Positions 19,366 through 30,100 of a stretch of DNA of 64,000 nt are shown here, in pieces. The DNA is from a virus. Its lineage: Duplodnaviria; Caudoviricetes. Every line of letters starts with the position of its first letter. The stretch's first letter is position 1. The notes under the pieces were generated by a model. That model was not told the origin of the DNA and did no database searches. It saw nothing but the letters and a program-made list of their open reading frames with translations. The translations under genes were made by a program, and so were the position numbers. The DNA lies in IMG/VR virus record IMGVR_UViG_3300021256_000102, positions 3,327-67,326 of that record; one strand, 5' to 3'.

Positions 19366-19446
19366 AATACCTCCTTAATTGTTATTGTGTTGCGTTTTTC
19401 TTCCATGATAATAAGATCATATGACCGTGACTACTGATCTTATTAT

Positions 19447-19479
19447 TCACAAGCATGATCTCTTGCTATCAGTGTTCAT
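19447..19479 (-). CDS. Candidate micro-ORF (10 aa) MNTDSKRSCL
   Basis: AGAAAGGAGG SD 9 nt before ATG. Confidence 0.3.
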   Translation of the reverse strand: MNTDSKRSCL

Positions 19480-19508
19480 GTATGGTGGCCTCCTTTCTTC
19501 TTATGAAA

Positions 19509-19533
19509 CCCAGTAGGTTAATTACCTACTGGG
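19509..19533 (+). terminator. Terminator hairpin
   Basis: CCCAGTAGGT-taatt-ACCTACTGGG followed by T-rich tract. Confidence 0.85.
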
Positions 19534-19576
19534 ATTTCTTTATTTTTAATATAAAACTTTATAATAATCAAACTAA

Positions 19577-22462
19577 GTGAAAGGTATGGTATGTATAAAA
19601 ATGCTTTTAGATAGTTCATATACAATCATTCCACAGATTAGATTTACACTTTCTTTTGATAACGATGTAACTAAAACTGTCAATGTGAGGCATGAAGATA
19701 CTGTATCATGTACTTACAAGAAGAATGGGGAAAAATTCTTCATTGTTGGTGTAGTAACCAAGATTGGATGTAATTTTAACTCATCTCTTGGAGCTGTTGG
19801 CACCACAGCTTATATCCAGATTGATGGATCTTCGGAATATTCTGGACAGATTATTTATGTCCAGCCTTCTCAGATTCTTGATATTAATGTAATCTCCACT
19901 TCTGGTGTTACTGAGAATATTGTATGCTCAGTAGATAATGAAGATCAAAGAATTACATTGGTTAGAGAAAATGAAGTAGGTGTTTTCCAGTACAGCTTAG
20001 ATGGTATGACATGGAATGCTGCTGTTGGGGCCCAGGGAATGTCTGCATATGAATGTGCAGTTGCTCTTGGGTTTGAAGGAACAGAAGCTGAATGGCTTAC
20101 TAGTCTTATCGGACCTAAAGGTGATACTGGAGAAGCTGGAGCTCTTGAAATCTTTAAAGTTTTCCATTCTATTTCTGAAGCAGAAACTGATAGATGTGAA
20201 GTTCCTGCTGGAAAACTTATAGCTATTGTGTTAGATGACACATACTTATTCGTTAGAAAAGATGATAGTGGCTCAAATTGTAACTGTGGTTGCGGTTGTT
20301 TTATTGATCCTGATGGAAATACAGATCCTATCTCTGTAAAGGGATATGATTATTTAGGATCTCTTACTGTTGGTCCTGAAGGACCAGAAGGTAAACCAGG
20401 TAAGTCTGCATATGAATATGCTGTTGAAGGAGGATATCCTGGAACAGAAGAAGAATTCATGCATACTCTTGGTAAATCAGCTGTAGCTGTTACTAGTTTC
20501 TTTATGGGTAAAGATCCAACATTACAGGATACTGTAATTGGACCTATTGATATGAGGGTATTTGGATATACTGATAAAGAAACCTTTAAGAGCACAGAAC
20601 TTTCTAGAATTGATATTTACTCTTCTATCAGAGAGATTAACCAGACATTATTACTTCCTGAAACTATTACTCTTAGAGCTGTTCCTACTCTTAATACTGC
20701 AGCTAAACCAAATCTTATTGTTGATGATAAGATGTATGTAGCAGATCATATTACTACACAAGATGGTAAAGTTGGAGTTCTTAGAAGAGTTAAATATATT
20801 AAATCTTATAGTGGTGAAACTATTATTTCTGATTGGATTTCTTCTACTGGAGAACTCGATTATGGTGCTGAAATTCAGTATGTAATTGATGGTGAATTTG
20901 AGGAATTTACTCCTGAAGTTCAGACTCAGTATAGAAAACTTCATACATATGATCATGTAACCACTATTGAGACTACAGCTTCTACTTATATTTCTATTGT
21001 ATATCCAATCGATATCACTAAGTTTGTGCATACTTATGTTTCTACTTATATTGATGAACATAAGGAAGAAATTATTACTCCTATTGTAAGAGAGCTTATG
21101 AATCTTCCAGAAGGAGAAACAATCTCTACATATGTAGAGAAATTAATTGATGAATCTGTTGGAGAATTACCAGAAGGATATGATTCTGTAGCTGATTATG
21201 TAAGTGATGTGGTTGGAGAACTTCCAGCTGGTATTACTTCTGTAACAGATTATATCAGATCTGTACAAAGTGAAATTGGTACACTTCCTGAAGGAGAAAC
21301 TTCTATTGTAGACTATATTCAGAATACAGTTGGAGTAATTCCTGAAGATTATAATTCTATCTCTGAATATGTAAATGCAGTAAATGGTAAAGTTGGTGAA
21401 CTTCCTGAAGGATATAATACTGTAACAGAATATCTTAATGCTGTTAATGATAAGATTGGAACTTTACCTGATGGAGTAGATTCAATAGTTGATTTTATTG
21501 ATAATACTATTGGTGAAGTACCAGCAGAATATAATTCTGTAATTGATTATCTTGATGCAGTAAAAGATTCTATAGGTACTGTACCTGATGGATATAATTC
21601 TCTTGCTGAATATATTTCTGATACTATTGGAACTTTACCTGATGGAGTAGATTCTGTAACAGAATATATTGATTCTGTTAAAAATAGTATTGGTACTATT
21701 CCAGAGGAATATAATTCGGTAGTTGAATATCTTGCTGATATTAAGAGTCAGATTGGAGAATTACCAGAAGGAACAGAATCTGTAGTTGATTTTGTTAATA
21801 ATAAACTTGGTAATGTACCTGAAGAATATGATTCTGTATCTGACTATATTGCAGCTATTAAAAATACAATAGGGACTGTTCCTGAAGGTTATAATTCTCT
21901 TGCAGAGTATATTGATGCTATTGTTGGAGAACTTCCTGAGGGTGAAGATTCTGTAGTTAATTATCTTGATCATAAAATTGGTAATGTACCTGAAGAATAT
22001 GATTCTGTATCAGATTATATTAGTTCTAATACAGAATTCCAGCAACCTTTTACAACTACTGTTGATGTAGGTGCTGTACCTGCTGGAACTTATATAGATT
22101 CTATGGATAAGGTAATTGATCTTGTAAAAGAAGCTGTAAATCCTACTGTTCCTACAGATACATTGGATATCTATATTGGAGTATCCGATGATATTCCAGT
22201 AGGACTTACTGGATTAACTAAAATTGAAGTTGCTACAGCTAGTATCATGTATGCATCTTATAAGCATTCTTATTCTTCTAATAATCAGCATCTTGTATAT
22301 GCTGCTCCTATATCTATTGGAGAATTAGATTCCATTAAAGATACAAATGGACTTGAGTGCTCTAATATCTGGTCTAGAATTGAGAAGGATAATTATTATA
22401 TTTATTATACTAATGAACCTCTTACTATCGACGACTACGACATTACATTTTACTATAGATAA
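19577..22462 (+). CDS. Tail/fibre-associated protein with short collagen-like segments and ~18-aa tandem repeats
   Basis: GPKGDTGEAG and GPEGPEGKPGKSAY motifs; many GxLPEGYxSVxxYI repeats; likely start ATG 19601; late-type AACT-N6-TA at 19555-19566. Confidence 0.7.
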   Translation: MKGMVCIKMLLDSSYTIIPQIRFTLSFDNDVTKTVNVRHEDTVSCTYKKNGEKFFIVGVVTKIGCNFNSSLGAVGTTAYIQIDGSSEYSGQIIYVQPSQILDINVISTSGVTENIVCSVDNEDQRITLVRENEVGVFQYSLDGMTWNAAVGAQGMSAYECAVALGFEGTEAEWLTSLIGPKGDTGEAGALEIFKVFHSISEAETDRCEVPAGKLIAIVLDDTYLFVRKDDSGSNCNCGCGCFIDPDGNTDPISVKGYDYLGSLTVGPEGPEGKPGKSAYEYAVEGGYPGTEEEFMHTLGKSAVAVTSFFMGKDPTLQDTVIGPIDMRVFGYTDKETFKSTELSRIDIYSSIREINQTLLLPETITLRAVPTLNTAAKPNLIVDDKMYVADHITTQDGKVGVLRRVKYIKSYSGETIISDWISSTGELDYGAEIQYVIDGEFEEFTPEVQTQYRKLHTYDHVTTIETTASTYISIVYPIDITKFVHTYVSTYIDEHKEEIITPIVRELMNLPEGETISTYVEKLIDESVGELPEGYDSVADYVSDVVGELPAGITSVTDYIRSVQSEIGTLPEGETSIVDYIQNTVGVIPEDYNSISEYVNAVNGKVGELPEGYNTVTEYLNAVNDKIGTLPDGVDSIVDFIDNTIGEVPAEYNSVIDYLDAVKDSIGTVPDGYNSLAEYISDTIGTLPDGVDSVTEYIDSVKNSIGTIPEEYNSVVEYLADIKSQIGELPEGTESVVDFVNNKLGNVPEEYDSVSDYIAAIKNTIGTVPEGYNSLAEYIDAIVGELPEGEDSVVNYLDHKIGNVPEEYDSVSDYISSNTEFQQPFTTTVDVGAVPAGTYIDSMDKVIDLVKEAVNPTVPTDTLDIYIGVSDDIPVGLTGLTKIEVATASIMYASYKHSYSSNNQHLVYAAPISIGELDSIKDTNGLECSNIWSRIEKDNYYIYYTNEPLTIDDYDITFYYR
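21100..22030 (+). repeat. Coding tandem repeat, ~54-66 nt unit (GELPEGYDSVADYI-type)
   Basis: Roughly 15 or more diverged units visible in the translation; ends approximate. Confidence 0.8.
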
Positions 22463-22479
22463 TAGGAGGGTGATTATTT

Positions 22480-23220
22480 ATGCTTAGAACAATTCAAGGT
22501 TTTGAATTAAAAACCAGAGAAGCAGTAGATAATAGACTCGTATTATCTAAAGTAGAAATGTTAAATATTAATGATAACCAAATGCCTGATATGTATTTTG
22601 CTGTATGTAGTGATGATGGTTATCTTTATATTTATAATAAAAATGCTTCTTTGATTTCTTCTGAAACTGGTAAATTTAAGAAGTACTCATATTGTAAAAT
22701 TGAGTCAATAACTATTAATGGAACAGAACTTCCTATTGATAATTTTGTTGTAGATATTCCACTTGCTACGCATGAAGCATTTGGCGTTTCTATGGCTGGT
22801 AAAGGAATTTCTGCAGTTAATGGTGTTTATAATCTCGATTTTAATACACTTGATGATAATTCTATCCCAATTGAGAAAGTTCAATGGGAGAATGCTATAG
22901 TGGTACGTGGATATCTTTATAATGGTGAATTTTACCAAGATGAAGATCATAGAATTAAATATGTACCATATGAGTATAAAATTTATGTTGATATAACCTC
23001 TTCCACTATATTTATTTATAATGGAGAGAATTATATATCTGCAATTGCAAATGTACCATTTGCTTCTGATACACTTCCTGGAATTTTGAAATTATATCAG
23101 AATACAGGACTTAATACAGATGGATCAATTTCTCAGAAAATTGTTACAGATGAATTAAATCAGAGATTTAAAATGAGTACAGATGATGCAGAAGAAACTA
23201 TTATCTTTTCGAACAATTAA
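22480..23220 (+). CDS. Tail-fibre module protein
   Basis: 246 aa, AGGAGG SD; GILKLYQNTGLNTDGSISQK-type fibre motif; context. Confidence 0.6.
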   Translation: MLRTIQGFELKTREAVDNRLVLSKVEMLNINDNQMPDMYFAVCSDDGYLYIYNKNASLISSETGKFKKYSYCKIESITINGTELPIDNFVVDIPLATHEAFGVSMAGKGISAVNGVYNLDFNTLDDNSIPIEKVQWENAIVVRGYLYNGEFYQDEDHRIKYVPYEYKIYVDITSSTIFIYNGENYISAIANVPFASDTLPGILKLYQNTGLNTDGSISQKIVTDELNQRFKMSTDDAEETIIFSNN

Positions 23221-23260
23221 ATAATCTATTAAATTTATTTCTATAAAGGAGATAATTATT

Positions 23261-24634
23261 ATGGCTTTTACACCTAGTTATGAACATAATCAGACTATGA
23301 CTAAGCTCAATGTCAATGGTTCTATCTATTGGCTGAAGGATGCTGATGTTCGTGCACTTATTGCTACTTTTGGTGATGCAGTTCTTAAGAACGTTGATAC
23401 TACCTTTACTGAGGATAGTGTTAATCTTGTAACTTCTAAGGCAATCCAGGATTGGGTTGAGGATCAGATTTCTGATCTTGTTGGTGTTATGCACTTTAGA
23501 GGCATTATTACCAAGCAGGATGAGGAGTCTGATGCTGATGCTATTGCTCGTGTTGTTACTGATCCGGCTGCTGGTGATGTTGTTATTATTCAGGGCAATG
23601 GTAAAGAGTATATTTATAATGGTTCTGCTTGGGAAGAGGTTGGTGATCAGAATATCTATCTGACCATTGCTACTGCTGCAGCTACCTATGTTCCGAAGAC
23701 CACTACTGTTGCTGGTATTGCTCTTGATCATAATATTACAGTTTCTGAGCTTGAGGCTGCTTCTGCTCTGAATCTTAAGGCTCTTGCTCATAAGGATACT
23801 GCTACTGGTACTGTTGCTACTGCTGATTCTATTGATGATATCACTGTAGCTAAGGCTGGTGAGTATACTATTTCTGGTAATACCGTTGCTGTTCCTCAGA
23901 CCTGGAATGCAATGGATGTTACTCCTGCAGGTTCTGTAGCTATTACTGCTGGTACTGCTGCTGCAGCTACCTATGATAAGGCATCTTCTGCAACAATTGC
24001 TGCTGGTGCTGTTGGTGATGGTCAGACTGCTAACTATACTCCGGCTGGTACTGTGACTCTTCCGAGCATCACTGCTGCTGTTACTCTTGGTAAAGAGGCT
24101 GTTGCTACTGTTACTGATGAAGGTACAGCTTATACTCTGTCTGATGGTGCTGTTACCAAGGCTGCTGATACTACTGCTAAGTTTGTTAAGAAGGGTGTTT
24201 CCTTTGCTATGGATGCAACTGATACTGAGCAGCTGAATCTTGCTTATGTAGCAACTACTGATACTGAGTTCTATACTGATGCTGTTACTGCAGCTGGCGA
24301 TATTACTTATACTAAGCAGACCATCTCTGGTGCCCTTCCGACCTTCGGAACTAAAGATGTTGCTACCAGTGTTACTGCAGCTACTGCTACATATGATGGA
24401 GATGCTTCCTTCTCTGGTACTGGTACTGTTATTAGTGCTACTCTTGGATATGAGACCGCTAATGCTACTGTTACTCAGCCTACCTATACTGCTGAGTTCT
24501 CTGGTACTGCTAAGTCTGTTACTCCGACTGCTGCTACTACCTCTGATGCTCTTGCTGATGGTTCTATCACTGTTGCATCTGAGACCAAGAGTCTTACCCT
24601 TAATAAGACTGATAAGACTGTTACTGTTTCCTAA
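23261..24634 (+). CDS. Ala/Thr-rich virion decoration or fibre protein
   Basis: 457 aa, very A/T-rich, strong codon bias like sheath/tube, AAGGAG SD. Confidence 0.65.
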   Translation: MAFTPSYEHNQTMTKLNVNGSIYWLKDADVRALIATFGDAVLKNVDTTFTEDSVNLVTSKAIQDWVEDQISDLVGVMHFRGIITKQDEESDADAIARVVTDPAAGDVVIIQGNGKEYIYNGSAWEEVGDQNIYLTIATAAATYVPKTTTVAGIALDHNITVSELEAASALNLKALAHKDTATGTVATADSIDDITVAKAGEYTISGNTVAVPQTWNAMDVTPAGSVAITAGTAAAATYDKASSATIAAGAVGDGQTANYTPAGTVTLPSITAAVTLGKEAVATVTDEGTAYTLSDGAVTKAADTTAKFVKKGVSFAMDATDTEQLNLAYVATTDTEFYTDAVTAAGDITYTKQTISGALPTFGTKDVATSVTAATATYDGDASFSGTGTVISATLGYETANATVTQPTYTAEFSGTAKSVTPTAATTSDALADGSITVASETKSLTLNKTDKTVTVS

Positions 24635-24671
24635 TTTAGATATTTTAGTATCAACCTTTTAGGAATACTAG

Positions 24672-24694
24672 GGGAGGGAAGATTCTTCCCTCCC
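24672..24694 (+). terminator. Terminator hairpin
   Basis: GGGAGGGAAG-att-CTTCCCTCCC plus T tract. Confidence 0.8.
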
Positions 24695-24753
24695 TTATCT
24701 TTTTATTAGATTGACATTTAATTAATCAGCACTTAAAAGTTATATTTCATAGT

Positions 24754-25806
24754 ATGGAGAAAATAAATATGAAAAATTGTTGGTTATCAATAGTGATTCC
24801 AGCACATAATTGTGAAAATACTATAGAAAGATTGTTAAATTCAATAATAGATCAGAATGATTCTAATATTGAAATTATTATTTCTGATGATCAATCTATA
24901 GATAATACAAAAGAAATAATTAATACATATAAAGATAAGCTAAATATTAAATATTATATGACAAAATCAAGAAATATTCATTGTCCATCTAATACTAGAC
25001 TTGATGGTTGGAAATATGCAACTGGAGATTGGGTATGCTTTATAGATGATGATGATATGTTTGAGCCAAATGTTCTACATATTATCAAAAAAGAAATTAA
25101 AGAATTGGAAATAGATCAATACCCTGTAATATTATCATCTTTTAGAGATTATAATTATGAAGCAAATTCTTATAATTTAACTTTTGATGGTGGAACATGG
25201 CTTCATGGTAAGTTTTATAATAGAAAATGGCTTATTGATAATAATATTGATTTTGAAGAGAATCTCTATACAAATGAGGATCTTCATTTTAATGGATTAG
25301 TATTTGCAACTCTATCAGCACAGAATAAAAATTTTAAAAAATTAGATCTTTGTACATATAAATGGACATATAATCCAAATTCATTTACAAGATCTTTTGA
25401 TAGTAGTAAGCATAGTCTTCTTGAAACATATTTCAATGATTATTGTCATGCTGCTATTGATCCATGGTTAGGAGTAATTGATAAATATCCTAATTGTAAA
25501 AATATTATATTTGAACATTGTTGTATGATGATCATGTATATGTATTTTTATATTCAATCTTTTAAATTTACTAAAAAAGAAAATTATATTAAAGAAAATG
25601 AATATCTTGTAAAAAGATATATTGAAAAAATTCTTGATAAATGTAATAAAGCAGTAGAAGACATTATAGCTCTTATATATTCCGATTCTGATTTTTATAA
25701 TGAAATTAAAAAAGATGCAGAAATCGGAAGTTCTAAATTTATAGAAATTGAAAGCTTCTATACTTATATAACAAATTTAAATATATTGAAAATAAAGAAT
25801 TATTAG
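24754..25806 (+). CDS. Family 2 (GT-A) glycosyltransferase
   Basis: LSIVIPAHN, DDQSID, WVCFIDDDD (DxD); start may be ATG 24769; GACA-N6-TA promoter at 24713-24724. Confidence 0.9.
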   Translation: MEKINMKNCWLSIVIPAHNCENTIERLLNSIIDQNDSNIEIIISDDQSIDNTKEIINTYKDKLNIKYYMTKSRNIHCPSNTRLDGWKYATGDWVCFIDDDDMFEPNVLHIIKKEIKELEIDQYPVILSSFRDYNYEANSYNLTFDGGTWLHGKFYNRKWLIDNNIDFEENLYTNEDLHFNGLVFATLSAQNKNFKKLDLCTYKWTYNPNSFTRSFDSSKHSLLETYFNDYCHAAIDPWLGVIDKYPNCKNIIFEHCCMMIMYMYFYIQSFKFTKKENYIKENEYLVKRYIEKILDKCNKAVEDIIALIYSDSDFYNEIKKDAEIGSSKFIEIESFYTYITNLNILKIKNY

Positions 25807-25837
25807 AATTTTAAAAATATTTAAGGAGGAAATATTT

Positions 25838-26011
25838 ATGCCAGATATTTCTAAACTTAAAGTAGAAGGAACTGTATATAATATTAAAGATCTTGAAGCT
25901 AGAAGCAGTGCTTCAGATGCTTTAAAAAATGATGAAATTTATTCTTCTACTCAACCTGGATCTGGAATCCAAAATGTAGGAGCATTTTGGACACAAATTC
26001 TTGAAAGTTAA
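25838..26011 (+). CDS. Small fibre-related protein (57 aa, below cutoff)
   Basis: MPDISKLKVEGTVYNIKDLEAR... resembles TKLNVNGSIYWLKDADVR of 23261 protein; AAGGAGG SD. Confidence 0.75.
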   Translation: MPDISKLKVEGTVYNIKDLEARSSASDALKNDEIYSSTQPGSGIQNVGAFWTQILES

Positions 26012-26051
26012 TTATTAAATTAGCACATTATTTTTATTAGGAGAAAATAAA

Positions 26052-27080
26052 ATGAATAAGCATGATCCAAATTCTGTTTGGTTATCAGTACTTATACCAG
26101 CATACAATTGTTCAAAAACTATAGGAAGATTATTAGATTCTATTATTATTCAGGATGATCCAGATATTGAAGTTGTTATTTGTGATGATCATTCTACCGA
26201 TAATTTTATGGATCAAGTTGTTCCTTATATGGATAAACTTAATATAAAATATTTTCAAACAATTCCTAGAGATCTTCATTGTCCTGGAAATACAAGATTT
26301 GATGCTTGGCATCATGCTACTGGTGAATGGATAACTTTCATTGATAATGATGATATGTTTGAACCTGGTGCCTTTAAAAGAGTAAAAGATGAAATTGAAA
26401 AATATAATGAAGAAAGATTTGTCTTTACTACTTTTAGAGATTATATTGTAGAAAATGATTCATACATGCAGGTTTTTGATGGAATAACCTGGATGCATGG
26501 AAAATGGTACAATAGATACTGGTTACTTGAAGAAGGAATTGATTTTAAAGAAAACTTGTATACCCATGAAGACTTATACTTTAATGATCTCGTAAGTTCA
26601 ATTTTAGTAGGTAGGGGATATAGCTATAGAAAAATAGAAGATTTTTATACTTATAAATGGGTATATAGACCCGATTCTATGAGTAGAAAATATGCTAATA
26701 TGAAAAATAGTTTTATTGAAACTTATTTCAAAGATTATATTTATGCTACTATTGAGCCTTGGCTTACTGCATATCATAGATTTCCACATATGGCAGATTA
26801 TTATTTTAGACAATTGTGTTCTATTATTCTTTATCTTTATTTTTATTATCAAAGTTTTGTTTGGTCTAAAGGTGAAGATAATGTAGTAAAAGATAATATT
26901 AATAAAATAAGATATGTGGTAAATAGAGTTTGTAAAGAATTTAATAAGACTAAGCAAGATATTATTAATTTTCTATATTCTGATCCTACTTATTATAATA
27001 GAATTAAGCATGAAGCTGAAGTTGGAAATTGCGAATTCATTGAAGTTGTCAGTCTATTTAATTTTATTAATTCATTATAA
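26052..27080 (+). CDS. Family 2 (GT-A) glycosyltransferase, paralog of 24754
   Basis: LSVLIPAYN, DDHSTD, WITFIDNDD; colinear similarity with 24754 ORF. Confidence 0.9.
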   Translation: MNKHDPNSVWLSVLIPAYNCSKTIGRLLDSIIIQDDPDIEVVICDDHSTDNFMDQVVPYMDKLNIKYFQTIPRDLHCPGNTRFDAWHHATGEWITFIDNDDMFEPGAFKRVKDEIEKYNEERFVFTTFRDYIVENDSYMQVFDGITWMHGKWYNRYWLLEEGIDFKENLYTHEDLYFNDLVSSILVGRGYSYRKIEDFYTYKWVYRPDSMSRKYANMKNSFIETYFKDYIYATIEPWLTAYHRFPHMADYYFRQLCSIILYLYFYYQSFVWSKGEDNVVKDNINKIRYVVNRVCKEFNKTKQDIINFLYSDPTYYNRIKHEAEVGNCEFIEVVSLFNFINSL

Positions 27081-27118
27081 TAAAATCTGATATTAATTTG
27101 TGAAAGGAATTAACATCA

Positions 27119-30100
27119 ATGGCTGACAATTATGTTAAAACAAAACGTCATGTATTAACAGATGATGGTTATAAGGTTCTTTCACAGTGGTCAAATGCAA
27201 ATTCTGTAGAAATGGATAATGGTAATACTGTTCAGACAGAAATTACTAATCTAAAGAATACTGCTACTACTGCTGCAGCAGGATTAATGTCTGCTTCAGA
27301 TAAAGAAAAACTTGATACTGTTGATACATCGGCAAATAATTATATTCACCCTACATATACTACAGCTGCTAATGGATTATATAAAGTAGCAGTGGATTCT
27401 ACTGGTCATGTATCATCTACTAATACTGTAGAAAAATCTGATATTACTGCATTAGGAATTCCTGCACAAGATACCACTTATGCTGCTGCAAATTCCAGTG
27501 CTGCTGGTCTTATGACTAGTGCAATGGTAAATAAACTTGCAACTATTGATACTTCTGCAAATAATTATGTGCATCCTACTTATACTTCTGCAGCATCTGG
27601 TTTAAGAAAGTTTACAGTAGATGCTACAGGACATGTATCTGCTACTGCTGCTGTTGCTAAATCTGATATTACTAATCTTGGCATTCCTGCACAAGATACT
27701 ACTTATGCAAATGCTACCACTGCTGTAGCAGGATTATTATCTAATGAAGATAAGACTAAATTAGATTCTGTTGCTGCATCTGCAAATAATTATGTACATC
27801 CTTCTTATACTTCTGCAGCATCTGGTTTAAGAAAGTTTACAGTAGATGCTACAGGACATGTATCTGCCACTGCTGCTGTTGCTAAATCTGACATTACTAA
27901 TCTTGGTATTCCTGCACAAGATACTACTTATGCTGCATTTACATCTGCTGCTAATGGTTTAGTACCTGCTGCTAAGAATGGTACAACCAACTATGCTACT
28001 ACTGGTTATGTATTAACAGGTAATGGCTGGAGAACTGGTACTAAGTATAATACAGATACCACATATGCTGCTGTAACCACTGCAGCAAATGGTCTTATGA
28101 CCAGTGCAGATAAAGCTAAATTAGATAATATTGCAGAAGGGGCTCAAGCTAATATTATTACCGGTGTAAAAGGTGATGCTGAAGCATCATATAGAACAGG
28201 AAATATAAATCTTACTCCTGCTAATATTGGTGCAATTGCTTCATCTGAAAAAGGTGCATCTGGTGGTGTAGTTCCTTTAAATGCATCCGGTACTATTGAT
28301 TCTACATATCTTCCTAGTTATGTAGATGATGTATTAGAATTTTCATCTAAAAGTGCTTTTCCTGCAACTGGAGAATCTGGAAAAATTTATGTAGATACTT
28401 CTGCTGAAGAGAATAATACTTATAGATGGAGTGGTAGTACTTATATTCTTATTGCAAAGAATACTAATACTACATATACTATTGCTAAAGATGGAACAAC
28501 TGTTACTTTGACAGGTAGTGATGGTTCTTCTACTAGTTTTGCAGAAACTGATACTACTTATGCTAATTTTACATCAGCTGTTGCTGGTCTTGTTCCTGCT
28601 GCTAAGAATGGTACAACTAACTACGCTACTACTGGTTATGTATTAACAGGTGCAGGTTGGAAAGCTGGTACTAAGTATAATACTGATAATAATACTACAT
28701 ATGCTGCTGTTACAACTGCAGCTAATGGTCTTATGACCAGTGATGATAAGATTAAATTAGATACAGTAGAAGCCAGTGCAAATAATTATACTCATCCTTC
28801 TTATACTTCTTATGCTAGTGGTTTAAGAAAGTTTACAGTAGATGAATCTGGTCATGTATCTGCCACTGCTGCTGTTACTAAATCTGATATCACAGCATTA
28901 GGTATTCCTGCTCAGGATACTACTTATGCTAACTTTACATCAGCTGCTGATGGTTTAGTACCTGCTGCTAAATCTGGTACTAATAACTATGCTACAAGTG
29001 CATATGTATTAACCGGAGCAGGTTGGAAAACTGGTACTAAGTATAATACAGATACTACTTATGCAGTAGCTAGTGCTAGTGCTAATGGACTTATGTCTAG
29101 TAGTAATTTTAGTAAATTAGCAAATATTGCTGCATCTGCTAATAATTATACACATCCTTCTTATACTTCTTATGCTAGTGGTTTAAGAAAGTTTACAGTA
29201 GATGAATCTGGTCATGTATCTGCCACTGCTGCTGTTACTAAATCTGATATCACAGCATTAGGTATTCCTGAAAGTGATACTAATACTACATATGCTAATT
29301 ATATTGGAGCTACATCTACTACTCCTGGTATTGCTGGTCTTGTTCCAAGTGCAACTACTGCTCAAAGATTATATTTCTTAAGAGGTGATGGTACTTGGCA
29401 ACTTCCAACCAATACTACTTATGCTGATGCTACTACAGCTGCACATGGTCTTATGACTACTGCAATGGTAAGTAAACTTGCATCAATTGAAACTTCAGCA
29501 AATAATTATACTCATCCTTCTTATACTTCTTATGCTAGTGGTTTAAGAAAGTTTACAGTAGATACATCTGGACATGTTAGTGCTACTGCTGCTGTTGCTA
29601 AGACAGATATTACTGGTCTTGGCATTCCTGCACAAGATACTACTTATGCAAATGCTACTGCAAGTGCAAATGGTCTTATGACTAGTACAATGGTAACCAA
29701 ACTTAGTAATATTGCAGAGAATGCTAATGCATATGTACATCCTTCTTATACTAGTGCAGCTTCTGGATTATATAAAGTATCTGTAGATGGATACGGACAT
29801 GTAAATGGTGCAACAGCAGTTGCTAAATCCGATATTACTGGTCTTGGTATTCCTGCTAGTGATACCACATATGCTGCATTTACATCAGCTGCTAATGGTT
29901 TAGTACCTGCTGCTAAGAATGGTACAACTAACTATGCTACTACTGGTTATGTATTAACCGGAGCAGGCTGGAAAGCTGGCACTAAGTATAATACTGATAA
30001 TAATACTACATATGCAGCAGTTACAACTGCAGCTAATGGCTTAATGATTGCAGATGATAAGATTAAATTAGATAGTGTAGCAGCATCTGCTAATAATTAT

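Larger units (their letters stand above)
19298..19540 (+). ncRNA. Candidate late small RNA with two anti-SD tracts
   Basis: AACAttaaatTA promoter, 12-bp hairpin 19408-19446, CCTCCTT tracts at ~19370 and ~19489, terminator 19509-19533; no SD-led plus-strand ORF. Confidence 0.35.

Noticed and set aside
19324-19437. 37-aa hydrophobic plus-strand ORF (MPISFIMAIFFVLH...) as a type I toxin
   Set aside because: No SD; hydrophobicity is expected from the complement of A-rich minus-strand sequence.
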